DNA of 51,816 nt from an uncultured Candidatus Saccharibacteria bacterium (GCA_964569655.1 CAZMTN010000003.1:1-51816), one strand, 5' to 3'; counted from the stretch's first letter, positions 42,366-51,026 are shown. The notes: generated by a model from the letters alone, not told the origin. Numbers and translations: made by a program.

Positions 42366-44093
42366 TTATTGGCTAGTATACTCCGCACGGTCTGGGGGCA
42401 CATCGTAATAGTTCGTGAGGAAGTGCACAAGCTCGAGGAAGGAAGAGGTGAGCGTCTCAGACGCGTATTGCACGCCCTGCGGCTCGCGCGTATAGAGGAG
42501 GATGATGAACTCCGGGTCATACGCCGGGAAGTAACCGAAGAAGGAATGGAAGTAGCGATCCGTGTAATACCCGCCCTCCGGAGACGCCATCTGCGCGGTA
42601 CCGGTCTTCGCAGCGACGCTCATCTCCGGAGTCCGCGCACGGCCATCGAGGAGCGTCGTATCCACGACCTTGGTGAGCATCCCGCTCACCGTCGCCGCGG
42701 TCGCCGGCGTAAATACCTGATCCGGCTCGCCCCACGAGAGCTTCCTCGTAACGCCCGAGTCGAGGCGGATGGCGGTCGCCAGATGCGGCGTCACGATGGC
42801 GCCGTCATTCGCGAGCGCACCGAGCGCGCGGATCATCTCTATCGGCGTCTGTGCGACGCCCTGTCCATACGACGCCGTAAAGAAGTTGATGTCTCGATCC
42901 ACATCGAGGTTCCCAAGCGTTCCCTTAATCTCTCCCGGGAGATCCACGCCAGTCTCCGTGTCCATGCCGAGCTCCTTGAAATAGCTGCGCATATGGTCGT
43001 GCCCTGCCCGGCCGGCGATCCAGGACGCGCCGACGTTAAGCGATTGTGAGAGCACCTCCTGTACGGCCACGACGCCGCGTGCCTTGAGGTCGAAGTTGCA
43101 GATCTTCTTCGTATTTGCGGTGATGCAGCCGGTATCGTTGTAGGTCGTGTCCGGGGTCACCACGCCGGTGTCGATGCCGATACCCATGGTGAGCGCCTTC
43201 ATGATGGATCCGAATTCGTAGCGGCTCTCGATGAGCGGGTTGCCGAAGACGCCCACGTCTTCGCCCTGGAAGTCGTTCGGATCGAAGGAGGGGAAGGCGT
43301 CGAGCGCGAGAATCTCGCCGGTCTTCGGATTCATGATAATCCCGCCGGTCTCCCTGCTGTTGTAGCGCTCATGCACGTCCTTGAGCACCTCGTCGAGCTT
43401 CTCGATGACCATGGGCTCGATCGAAGTGACCACGTCTCCCTTCTTCGCGTCTCGCGCATCGGCGACGACGCTCCCTATGTCCGCGAACAGCTCAGCGAAG
43501 AAATTGCCGAAGAGTCCCTCCCCCTCGCGCGATAGCGTGCCTTGGTAGTAGCGCTCGAGCCCGTACCTGCCGACGATCTGGTCCTCATTGTCGTACGCGA
43601 CGAAGCCGATGGATTGCGCTGCCTTCCGCACGGCCGGGTACGCGCGCCAGCGCTCGCGGATTACGGTAACTCCGGGGATGTCGAGCGCATCGATGGTCTT
43701 GCCGTCGAGCTCGGACACCTGGTCCGCGATCTCCTCGTAGGGGTCCCCCTCCTTGTTCGCGCGCATGATGAAATCCTCCCGGTCTATGTCGATGACCGCC
43801 GAAAGCGCCGTGTATGCCGCCTCGGCATCTATGACCTTCTCAGGATTGATGGCCACGAGGAAGCCGGTGGCGAGCGTCGCCGCCGAGATGAGCGTCCCGT
43901 CCTTGCGGGTGAAGTAGATGGTGCCGCGATCATAGAGTTGCTGGCTCGTGTTTATGTATTGATGCTCCGCACGGAGCGAGTATTCTTCTCCGTTTACGAT
44001 CTGTAAGAAATAGAGCCGCACGATGAGGAGCGCGGCGAACGCGAGTATGACGCACACCAGGATGCGGAGCCGGGATCTGAAGACGTGCCGCAT
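42366..44093 (-). CDS. ftsI: Class B penicillin-binding protein (FtsI-like)
   Basis: RGTIY, G-YGLE, YEFGSIMK (SxxK), SLN (SxN), KTGTAQ; position in the mraZ operon. Confidence 0.88.
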   Translation of the reverse strand: MRHVFRSRLRILVCVILAFAALLIVRLYFLQIVNGEEYSLRAEHQYINTSQQLYDRGTIYFTRKDGTLISAATLATGFLVAINPEKVIDAEAAYTALSAVIDIDREDFIMRANKEGDPYEEIADQVSELDGKTIDALDIPGVTVIRERWRAYPAVRKAAQSIGFVAYDNEDQIVGRYGLERYYQGTLSREGEGLFGNFFAELFADIGSVVADARDAKKGDVVTSIEPMVIEKLDEVLKDVHERYNSRETGGIIMNPKTGEILALDAFPSFDPNDFQGEDVGVFGNPLIESRYEFGSIMKALTMGIGIDTGVVTPDTTYNDTGCITANTKKICNFDLKARGVVAVQEVLSQSLNVGASWIAGRAGHDHMRSYFKELGMDTETGVDLPGEIKGTLGNLDVDRDINFFTASYGQGVAQTPIEMIRALGALANDGAIVTPHLATAIRLDSGVTRKLSWGEPDQVFTPATAATVSGMLTKVVDTTLLDGRARTPEMSVAAKTGTAQMASPEGGYYTDRYFHSFFGYFPAYDPEFIILLYTREPQGVQYASETLTSSFLELVHFLTNYYDVPPDRAEYTSQ

Positions 44094-44102
44094 GCGCCCA
44101 GA

Positions 44103-44387
44103 TTACTCTCCTGCGCGCGTGACGCTCGGCGCATCTGCCGCGCGAGCGAACACCTTCTTGCTCGGGAGCACGAAGCCGTACTGTGCCGGATCCTCCGCAT
44201 TCATGCGGGCGATCGCCTCGTAGTACTGGGCCTCGAGCACGCCGATGGAAGCCTCAGCGTCATTCACGCGCCCAATCATCTCGGTCTGCCAGTTGGCGAG
44301 GAAGATGGTGGCGATGACGAGCGCGATGTAGATCGCGACCATGCCGCAGAGGGATGCGCCCAGGTACATACGAATTCGGCTATGCAT
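44103..44387 (-). CDS. FtsL-like bitopic protein
   Basis: One TM plus short coiled coil between rsmH and ftsI (positional inference). Confidence 0.6.
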   Translation of the reverse strand: MHSRIRMYLGASLCGMVAIYIALVIATIFLANWQTEMIGRVNDAEASIGVLEAQYYEAIARMNAEDPAQYGFVLPSKKVFARAADAPSVTRAGE

Positions 44388-45327
44388 AAAGAGCTTGAGC
44401 TGATACGGCTGATAACTGCGCTTCCGGGCTTCTTCCCTCGAACACGCGAAGCTTCGCGCTTCGGGAGCGAGGGTTCCGGATCACCTCCTCCCGGGACGGG
44501 GCGATGACCTTCTTCGTGAGCACGCTTCCCTTCCCGCTCTGCTCGGCAGTACGGAAGAGGTTCTTCACGATGCGATCCTCGATGCTGTGGAAGGTGATGA
44601 CCGCGACGCGTCCGCCCTCCGAGAGACGGGAGATCGCAGCGGTCACGCCCTCCTCGATTGCGCCGAACTCGTCGTTCACCGCGATGCGCAGCGCTTGGAA
44701 GGTCTTCGTCGCCGGATGGATGCGGCCGGTTCGGTACGAGGCCGGGACGCCAGCCTCGATCGCAGCGACCAGCTCCCCGGTGGAGACGATGGTTTTCTGC
44801 GCGCGTGCCCTAACGATGGATTTCGCGATCTGCCGAGAGAAGCGCTCTTCCCCGTAGGCGTAGATGATGTCCGCAAGCTCCTTCTCGGGCATGGTATTCA
44901 CGAGCTCTGCCGCGGTAGTACCCACGTCCGGATTGCCGTAGGTCATGAGGAGCGGCTCATCCCCCTGAAAGGAGAAGCCGCGCCCGAGACCGAGCTGGTA
45001 TCCGCTCCAGCCGAGATCGAAGAGCGCCTTCGAGATGCGGTCGATCTTGAGGCGTCCGAGCACGCGATCGAGATTGCGGAAATTGTCCTCGACGACATGT
45101 GCTACTGGACGATCGGCTCGCTTGTCCTCCGCGAGCACCTCGCGAGCCCGCTCGATGGCCTCGTGGTCGGCATCGATGCCGATGAGCGTGCCTTCAGAAC
45201 CGAGCGCCGCGAGCATCGCCTTGAAGTGGCCGGTGCCGCCTACCGTTGCGTCGACGACGACATCCTCCGGCGCGATCGAAAGACCGGTCATGACTTCATC
45301 GAGGAGTACGCTCTGGTGTCCGCTCAT
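44380..45327 (-). CDS. rsmH: 16S rRNA m4C1402 methyltransferase
   Basis: H-SVLL, DAT-GG-GH, FDLGWS-QL, HPATKTFQALRIAVNDE, FHSIEDRIVK, NPRSRSAKLR. Confidence 0.97.
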   Translation of the reverse strand: MSGHQSVLLDEVMTGLSIAPEDVVVDATVGGTGHFKAMLAALGSEGTLIGIDADHEAIERAREVLAEDKRADRPVAHVVEDNFRNLDRVLGRLKIDRISKALFDLGWSGYQLGLGRGFSFQGDEPLLMTYGNPDVGTTAAELVNTMPEKELADIIYAYGEERFSRQIAKSIVRARAQKTIVSTGELVAAIEAGVPASYRTGRIHPATKTFQALRIAVNDEFGAIEEGVTAAISRLSEGGRVAVITFHSIEDRIVKNLFRTAEQSGKGSVLTKKVIAPSREEVIRNPRSRSAKLRVFEGRSPEAQLSAVSAQALYA

Positions 45328-45329
45328 AC

Positions 45330-45752
45330 TTACATTGCGAGCTTCTCAGCGAACTGGTCCGCGTCGCGCTCGATGGTCTTGGTGTACTTCTCCCATGCAT
45401 CCTCATCCCAGAACTCGACGCGGTCGTTCACGCCGGCGACCACGGCCTTTGATTTCAACGCAGCGAACTGCTTGAGGTAGTCGGGCACGAGAATGCGTCC
45501 TGCGCTATCGACTTCCGCTTCCGTCGCGCCGGAGAGCATGAGGCGCGAGAGGCCGCGTCCAGCCGCGCTTCCGGTCGAGTACGCGGCGATCTTCTCGGCC
45601 TGCTTCTCCCATGCCTTCTTCGGGTACACGAACAGACAGGTATCGAGACCGCGCGTAACCACCACCGATCGACCGAGTTCCTTCCGGAACTTGGCCGGAA
45701 GCGAGATGCGGTTCTTAGGGTCGAAAGTGTGGCGGTATTCTCCGATGAACAT
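45330..45752 (-). CDS. mraZ: Division/cell wall cluster transcriptional regulator MraZ
   Basis: MFIGEYRHTFD-KNRISLPAKFR, TRGLDTCL, DSAGRILVP, GVNDRVEFW. Confidence 0.97.
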   Translation of the reverse strand: MFIGEYRHTFDPKNRISLPAKFRKELGRSVVVTRGLDTCLFVYPKKAWEKQAEKIAAYSTGSAAGRGLSRLMLSGATEAEVDSAGRILVPDYLKQFAALKSKAVVAGVNDRVEFWDEDAWEKYTKTIERDADQFAEKLAM

Positions 45753-45819
45753 ATTTTGGTAAAGCGGATGATGAAGCTGCTTCATGAAACGGTGGTGGTT
45801 CGTTTCATGACACTTCATC

Positions 45820-45875
45820 CCACCTACATATGAGTATATGCCACTCTCCCCCACCGCCCTACCCCTTATCCCCAC
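45820..45875 (-). promoter_or_regulatory. mraZ promoter with phased GTGG boxes (putative MraZ operator)
   Basis: CCAC at 45820, 45841, 45851, 45872 (10/21-nt spacing) around TATACT (reverse complement of 45833-38). Confidence 0.55.
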
Positions 45876-46108
45876 CGTTTTAGGCCCTCGGATTTGACCA
45901 CTCCGCCTCCCCCGGCTACTCTCAAGAGGCAATGATGCATCGAGCGGATTGGCGTTATTCAGCCTACGGCCTCTTTAGGAAGGTCGGGGGTTCGCTTGAT
46001 GTTTCTCTCCAGAAGTAGCACTATCCGGACAGAGACATGAATCGAGCTCCCGACCATACGGCCAGGAGCTCGAGTTCTTTCTAACCAACCATCAGATAGT
46101 GAGGGACA

Positions 46109-46564
46109 ATGATCATCTATGCTGCTACCGAGCACTGCAGTCCATTAGCTCGGCACACCATCAGATGCTGTCAGGAACTGGGTTACAATTCCGTCCTACT
46201 CAGCATCTCGAAGCCAACTACCAACGAATCACTGGTACCGGTGGTGCCGATTTCCGCTCGCTTTCCCGGCGTCCCGTACATGACAACCCGGCTTCGCGAT
46301 TATCGGGCTCACGTGCCCTTCCTAGACTGGGCGCCTCGTGTACGGCTCATGCTGCTCGTAAACCAGAGCTTCGAGAATGTCATCTTCCTGGGCCGCGGTC
46401 AGCAGCATCAGGAATTCTTGAGGGCGTTGAGAAAGTGCAATCAGGAGCTGGAAGAGAGGGCGAGGATAGGAGTTAACACCTTGCCTCGCCCTATTCGAAA
46501 GCGCGATCTGAAAGCCATGGTGCAGCCAAAGCCCAAGCTCCAGCGAGCGGCAACTGGTTGGTGA
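46109..46564 (+). CDS. Hypothetical protein, 151 aa (orphan)
   Basis: GTGAGG just upstream; terminator downstream; no recognised motif. Confidence 0.55.
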   Translation: MIIYAATEHCSPLARHTIRCCQELGYNSVLLSISKPTTNESLVPVVPISARFPGVPYMTTRLRDYRAHVPFLDWAPRVRLMLLVNQSFENVIFLGRGQQHQEFLRALRKCNQELEERARIGVNTLPRPIRKRDLKAMVQPKPKLQRAATGW

Positions 46565-46579
46565 ACCTTACAAAATTAG

Positions 46580-46608
46580 AAGAGCGGCTTTTGCGAGCCG
46601 CTCTTTTT
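46580..46608. terminator. Bidirectional terminator
   Basis: AAGAGCGGCT/AGCCGCTCTT 10-bp stem plus T-run. Confidence 0.8.
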
Positions 46609-48178
46609 AGTTCACTGCCTCTTCCAATCTTTCGATTACGAAATCCCGCGGCAGCACAGATAGGAACCATCCCGCCTTCGGTCCTGAGTCGCGATTGAGG
46701 AAGAGCCGGTAGATCGCGGTGAAAAGCTCCTTCGGTGCAATCGAAACTTCATCCTTGAGCTCATGCAGCTTCGCGTGCATATCTTCCCCGTTCTTCTCTC
46801 CCTCCCGCATGAACGAAAGCAGCGAGACCATCGCGTGCTTCTGCGTGTCCGAGAGCGCGTATGCCGGCAGTTCCTGCTGAAGCTCGTAGCGGTACTGCTC
46901 AGGCGCATACGTGGAGAGCCAGAACTTCGCGTACCCGGCGCGCTCCGCGAGCGCTTCCTTCTCCTCGTCGTTCAAGGCGCTGCCCTTCACGCGCGCAGCT
47001 TCCTCTTCAAGATTCAGATGCGGCATCTGCACTATGAACGCCACCTGCGAGAAGCGCAGCATCCACGGGAGCGGCACGTCTCCCTGGTTCTCCGGGGTCT
47101 GGGTGAGCGTGAAGAGGCGGGTGTAGTCGGTATCGCCGCCGCTGCGGACGTACTCAGCGAGCTCATCGTACCAGTCGTACCAGCGCGGCACACTCTCGCC
47201 TTCGGGCTCGAAGTTGATCTGCTCCTTTATGTCTTTCCCAATGAGCGCGAGGCGGAACACGGACGGCGGGAAGAGCTCCGCGATATCCCTCGCGGACGTG
47301 CCCCTCCCCTTCGACGAGGACATCTTCTTCCCGCCGACGAGGAAGAACTCGTACGGGATATTGTATGGCGGCTCATAGCCGTAGACCTCCCTGGCGATGT
47401 GGTTCGAGACATCGCGGGAACCGCCTTTGGTCGAGTGGTCCTTCCCGCCACCTTCGACGTCCACCCCGAGCGCCACCCACTTTGCGGCCCAATCCACCTT
47501 CCAGAAGAGCTTTGCCGTGCCGCCGTACGGCGCGATGCGTCCTGAATGCCCGCATGCCTTCACCTCGTCCGGATTCTTATCGCAGGCGTACGCGACGGTC
47601 TCACCATCGAAGTCGTAGACGCGGGTGGTCATCATCTTCCCGCACTGCTCGCACACCACCGATACCGGGAGCCAACTATCGTCCTTCACTGAACCGGATA
47701 CTTCCTTCAGGATGCGGCGGATATCTGGAGCGCGCTCGAGCGCTACCTTGATGAGCGCATCCATCTTTCCCGCCTTGTACAGGTCTGCATAGGCGCGGTA
47801 GTAGGTTGGCGTGAATCCGCCCTTCGCATGGACACTCGCGAACTCTGCGCCGAAGTACTCGGCGTAATTCGGATATGCCGGGTCCGGAGACGGCACTGCA
47901 TAGAGCGGCTTCCCGAGATGTTCCGCATAGGCCTGCGCATCCAGATAGCCCGGAACCGAGTCGAACGGATCAAAGTCGTTAAGCTCGTAGCGGTATTCGT
48001 TCTGAATGCCGTACTCGCTCAATACTTCCGCGATGATCCCGTGAATGGCAACGCCGCGCATGGAGCCGATATGGACGCGGCCGGAAAGGGTCTTCTCATC
48101 GCGGATAAGGAGCGGCTTGTCCGCCTTTCCTGCGCGCGATTCCTGGATTTCTCTCGCGATGCGGTCTGCCCAAAACAT
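46607..48178 (-). CDS. lysS: Class I lysyl-tRNA synthetase
   Basis: MFWAD, SG-VHIG-MRG, W-P-V-C-CG, KL-WKVDW, GGKDH, PYEFF, KMSSSKG. Confidence 0.95.
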   Translation of the reverse strand: MFWADRIAREIQESRAGKADKPLLIRDEKTLSGRVHIGSMRGVAIHGIIAEVLSEYGIQNEYRYELNDFDPFDSVPGYLDAQAYAEHLGKPLYAVPSPDPAYPNYAEYFGAEFASVHAKGGFTPTYYRAYADLYKAGKMDALIKVALERAPDIRRILKEVSGSVKDDSWLPVSVVCEQCGKMMTTRVYDFDGETVAYACDKNPDEVKACGHSGRIAPYGGTAKLFWKVDWAAKWVALGVDVEGGGKDHSTKGGSRDVSNHIAREVYGYEPPYNIPYEFFLVGGKKMSSSKGRGTSARDIAELFPPSVFRLALIGKDIKEQINFEPEGESVPRWYDWYDELAEYVRSGGDTDYTRLFTLTQTPENQGDVPLPWMLRFSQVAFIVQMPHLNLEEEAARVKGSALNDEEKEALAERAGYAKFWLSTYAPEQYRYELQQELPAYALSDTQKHAMVSLLSFMREGEKNGEDMHAKLHELKDEVSIAPKELFTAIYRLFLNRDSGPKAGWFLSVLPRDFVIERLEEAVN

Positions 48179-48257
48179 GAGTGCATCCTAGCATGAGTTG
48201 CGATATGCCTCGTTTTATGGCTGAATGGCTCGGTATTCGATAAAGGGGAGTTCTTTG

Positions 48258-48488
48258 ATGCGTTTCTTCGTAACACTGTGTTTCGTTTGCTTGCTCGCTA
48301 GCTTCTTCTACGGCATGCGCCTCGTTACCCCGTTCCCGGGGCTGCCGAGCGGCCTCGGGTGGCTGGGAGTAGTCCTATTTGTCATCCTGCTCGTCGGGTG
48401 CATCTTCCAGAGAGCATTGAAAGCCCAGGACGAAGCACACCTGAAGCGGGAACGTGACATCGCTTTGCGCGCAGGCTGTCAGCTGTAG
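48258..48488 (+). CDS. Small two-TM hypothetical protein, 76 aa (orphan)
   Basis: Two hydrophobic helices; GGGGAG 7 nt upstream. Confidence 0.55.
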   Translation: MRFFVTLCFVCLLASFFYGMRLVTPFPGLPSGLGWLGVVLFVILLVGCIFQRALKAQDEAHLKRERDIALRAGCQL

Positions 48489-48496
48489 CCCAAATA

Positions 48497-48529
48497 GAAA
48501 AGGCGCCCCCGTTAGAGGGCGCCTTTTTC
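48497..48529. terminator. Bidirectional terminator
   Basis: AAAAGGCGCCC/GGGCGCCTTTT. Confidence 0.8.
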
Positions 48530-48536
48530 ATTTCCC

Positions 48537-49013
48537 TTACGCAACCTTCTCGACCGAATACGTCTGCTTCCCGTTGGGCGTCTCGAAGGTGAAGACTTCC
48601 CCCTTCTTCTTGCCCATGAGCGCTGCGCCGAGCGGCGAAAGGTGGGAGAGCTTGCGCTCGCGCATGTCGGCTTCCTCGCTGCCGACGATGGTGTACTCGT
48701 GCGCCTCAGCGCCGCCGCTCTTCTTGATGGAGACCTTGGTGCCGAAGCCGACGACGTCCTTCTTCTTGTTGTCCGTCTGGATCTTCGCGTGCTTCACGAG
48801 CTCGTCGAGCTTGCGGATGCGCTCCTCGGTCGCAGCCTGGAGCTCGCGCGCCTCCTGGTACTCCGCGTTCTCGGAAAGGTCGCCGAGTGAGCGGGCGTAC
48901 TCGAGATTCTTCGCGATCTCCGTGCGGCGCACGGTCTTCAAGTGCTCGAGCTCCTTGGTCATCTCGTCGAATTTGTCCTGCGAGACGATGGTCTCTTTGT
49001 CGATTTCCTGCAT
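48537..49013 (-). CDS. greA: Transcription elongation factor GreA
   Basis: ARSLGDLSENAEY, V-FG-KV, YTIVGSEEAD, S-SPLG-AL. Confidence 0.97.
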   Translation of the reverse strand: MQEIDKETIVSQDKFDEMTKELEHLKTVRRTEIAKNLEYARSLGDLSENAEYQEARELQAATEERIRKLDELVKHAKIQTDNKKKDVVGFGTKVSIKKSGGAEAHEYTIVGSEEADMRERKLSHLSPLGAALMGKKKGEVFTFETPNGKQTYSVEKVA

Positions 49014-49073
49014 GAAAATTAGGTTACGGTGGGCTAATTGTACCGGTAGCAAGAATTGGCGCAAGGAAGCGCC

Positions 49074-50735
49074 TTATTCGAAGTAATACGGGGCGTTCTT
49101 GTGCAGGGCCTGGAGCACCTGGTGCATGACGTAGACGCCTCCGCGCAGACTTCCGGCCGGACCCTTCTCCATGACGACGACATATGCGTACTTCGGATTG
49201 TCATGCGGGAAGTACCCCACTGCCCACGAGTTCTGGAACTCGTTATTGAAGCCAAGCTGGGCGGTACCGGTCTTCCCCGCCGCTTCCACGAAGGAGAGGT
49301 CATTGAGACCGAGCGACGTGCCTACGGTGACGCCGAGCCGCATGCCCTCGCGAGCGATGCGCAGGCCTTCCGCGTTTATCGCGATGGTCTCGCCAGAGGG
49401 TTCGGCATCAGCGCGCAGCGTGGTATGGAGCAGCTTGCCGCCATTGGCGACCGCAGCCACCGCGCGCGCAGCTTCGAGCGGCGTCACCTGCATGGCGTAC
49501 TGCCCGATCGCGGTGTTGTAGGTGTCGCCGATGCGCCACGGCTCGTCGAACGTCTCCTCCTTCCAGGCTGGCGTCGGGAGGAAGCCGCTGTTCTCGCCGG
49601 AGAGCTCGATGCCCGTCGGCGTATCGAAGCCGAACGCGCGATACCAGTAGTTGAGGCGGTCGATGCCGAGGCCCTTCTGGTCCGCGAACCCGCCGCCGAT
49701 CGAGTAGAAGTAGACGTCAGAAGACCACGCTACCGCATGCCGCATGTCCATCGCGCCATGGGCTTTCCAGTCCTTAAAGATGGACGGCTTGTCTGGATTG
49801 TAAGGGTTCGGAATGGAGATGGATCCTGAGGAGAAGATAGTCTTCTCCGCCGAGATGATGCCGTCCGAGAATGCGCCTGCGGCTTCCATCGGCTTCACGA
49901 TGGACCCGGGCGTGTAGAGGCCCGCAACCGGGCGATTCAGGTACGGCCGGCGCGGATCCTCCTGATAGCCCCGGATTACGTCGCCCGGGCCGCCGGAAGA
50001 CATCACGTTCGAGTCGAACTCCGGATACGAAACGAGCGCATGGATCTCGCCCGTATTCACGTCCATGAGGACCCCCGATCCGCTCTGGTACCCGGTCGCG
50101 TCCGCCGTATCCTGGATGGCGTGATAGAACGCCTCCTGCGCATGCGCGTCGATGGAAAGCGTAAGCGTCTCTCCGTTCACGGGCGGTATGAGGCTCCCCT
50201 GAGACACCACGTTCCCGCGCGCATCCTCCTCGATGAGGAGCGAACCGTTCTCTCCGGAAAGTTCCTCGTCAAACGCGGATTCGACGCCAGCCAAGCCTTC
50301 TACTTCGTACGTGTAGTAGTAGCCGGACTTGTCTTTCTTCGGATACGAGACGTAGCCGAGGAGCGCCGAGAATCCCGGCGCGCGATAGACGCGCTTCGCG
50401 AAGGTGCCGTCTCCCGGCTCGTTCTCGATGAGCGGAATGCCGTTCCGGTCCATCACTGCGCCGCGCGTAGCGAAGATGGTCTCGGGACGCAGCACGTTCT
50501 TCTCGCTCTGCTCGGCATAGGCCGTACCCTGCATCACCTGCAGCTTCCCTGCTTGTCCCATAAGCACGAGGAGCGCGAGCAGGATGACGCCGCCGAAGGC
50601 GTAATACGTGGCGCGCGAGATGGGCTGCTCGAACCGGCCCTCGAACTGCGCCTTGTCGAATTCGGGGAGGTTGCTCGCGTCGAGGAAAATCTCGTCTGGA
50701 GCGATCTCATGGTCCCGATAGCGACGGCGAAACAT
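49074..50735 (-). CDS. mrdA: Class B penicillin-binding protein (PBP2-like)
   Basis: RGAVMDRNG, G-AGVE, YTPGSIVK (SxxK), WSSDVYFY, KTGTAQ; downstream of mreC. Confidence 0.88.
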   Translation of the reverse strand: MFRRRYRDHEIAPDEIFLDASNLPEFDKAQFEGRFEQPISRATYYAFGGVILLALLVLMGQAGKLQVMQGTAYAEQSEKNVLRPETIFATRGAVMDRNGIPLIENEPGDGTFAKRVYRAPGFSALLGYVSYPKKDKSGYYYTYEVEGLAGVESAFDEELSGENGSLLIEEDARGNVVSQGSLIPPVNGETLTLSIDAHAQEAFYHAIQDTADATGYQSGSGVLMDVNTGEIHALVSYPEFDSNVMSSGGPGDVIRGYQEDPRRPYLNRPVAGLYTPGSIVKPMEAAGAFSDGIISAEKTIFSSGSISIPNPYNPDKPSIFKDWKAHGAMDMRHAVAWSSDVYFYSIGGGFADQKGLGIDRLNYWYRAFGFDTPTGIELSGENSGFLPTPAWKEETFDEPWRIGDTYNTAIGQYAMQVTPLEAARAVAAVANGGKLLHTTLRADAEPSGETIAINAEGLRIAREGMRLGVTVGTSLGLNDLSFVEAAGKTGTAQLGFNNEFQNSWAVGYFPHDNPKYAYVVVMEKGPAGSLRGGVYVMHQVLQALHKNAPYYFE

Positions 50736-50771
50736 GCGTCTATCGTATCGCAAACGGCTAGCGAGGGCGAA

Positions 50772-51026
50772 TCAGGAGAAATCAGCCACGTACTTGCTCA
50801 CGAACCGGCGCGCGAACAGCATGAAAATGGAGATGGCGGCGCCGATTACCGAAGCCGGCACGGGATACGCGCCGGGCACGTAATAGACGACGTCGTAGAG
50901 GATGCCGATGAGGAGCGCCGCTACCGGGAACAGGTACGAGGCGACGAGCGCAAGCAGCAGCGTGTAGATCCACGGGAAGAAGAAGACGCCGAAGACCGCG
51001 AGCGACGGGATAGCGTAGCGGATCAT
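50772..51026 (-). CDS. Small hydrophobic protein in the mreD position, 84 aa
   Basis: About three TM segments; ATGA overlap with the mreC stop; LYDVVY motif. Confidence 0.65.
   Translation of the reverse strand: MIRYAIPSLAVFGVFFFPWIYTLLLALVASYLFPVAALLIGILYDVVYYVPGAYPVPASVIGAAISIFMLFARRFVSKYVADFS

Noticed and set aside
45753-45932. 200-aa MraZ as given by the ORF track
   Set aside because: MraZ homology starts at MFIGEY (45752); the upstream part covers promoter and operator sequence
46042-46073. 9-bp hairpin TCGAGCTCC/GGAGCTCGA upstream of the 46109 orphan
   Set aside because: Contains a self-palindromic GAGCTC, is common in GC-rich DNA and has no riboswitch features
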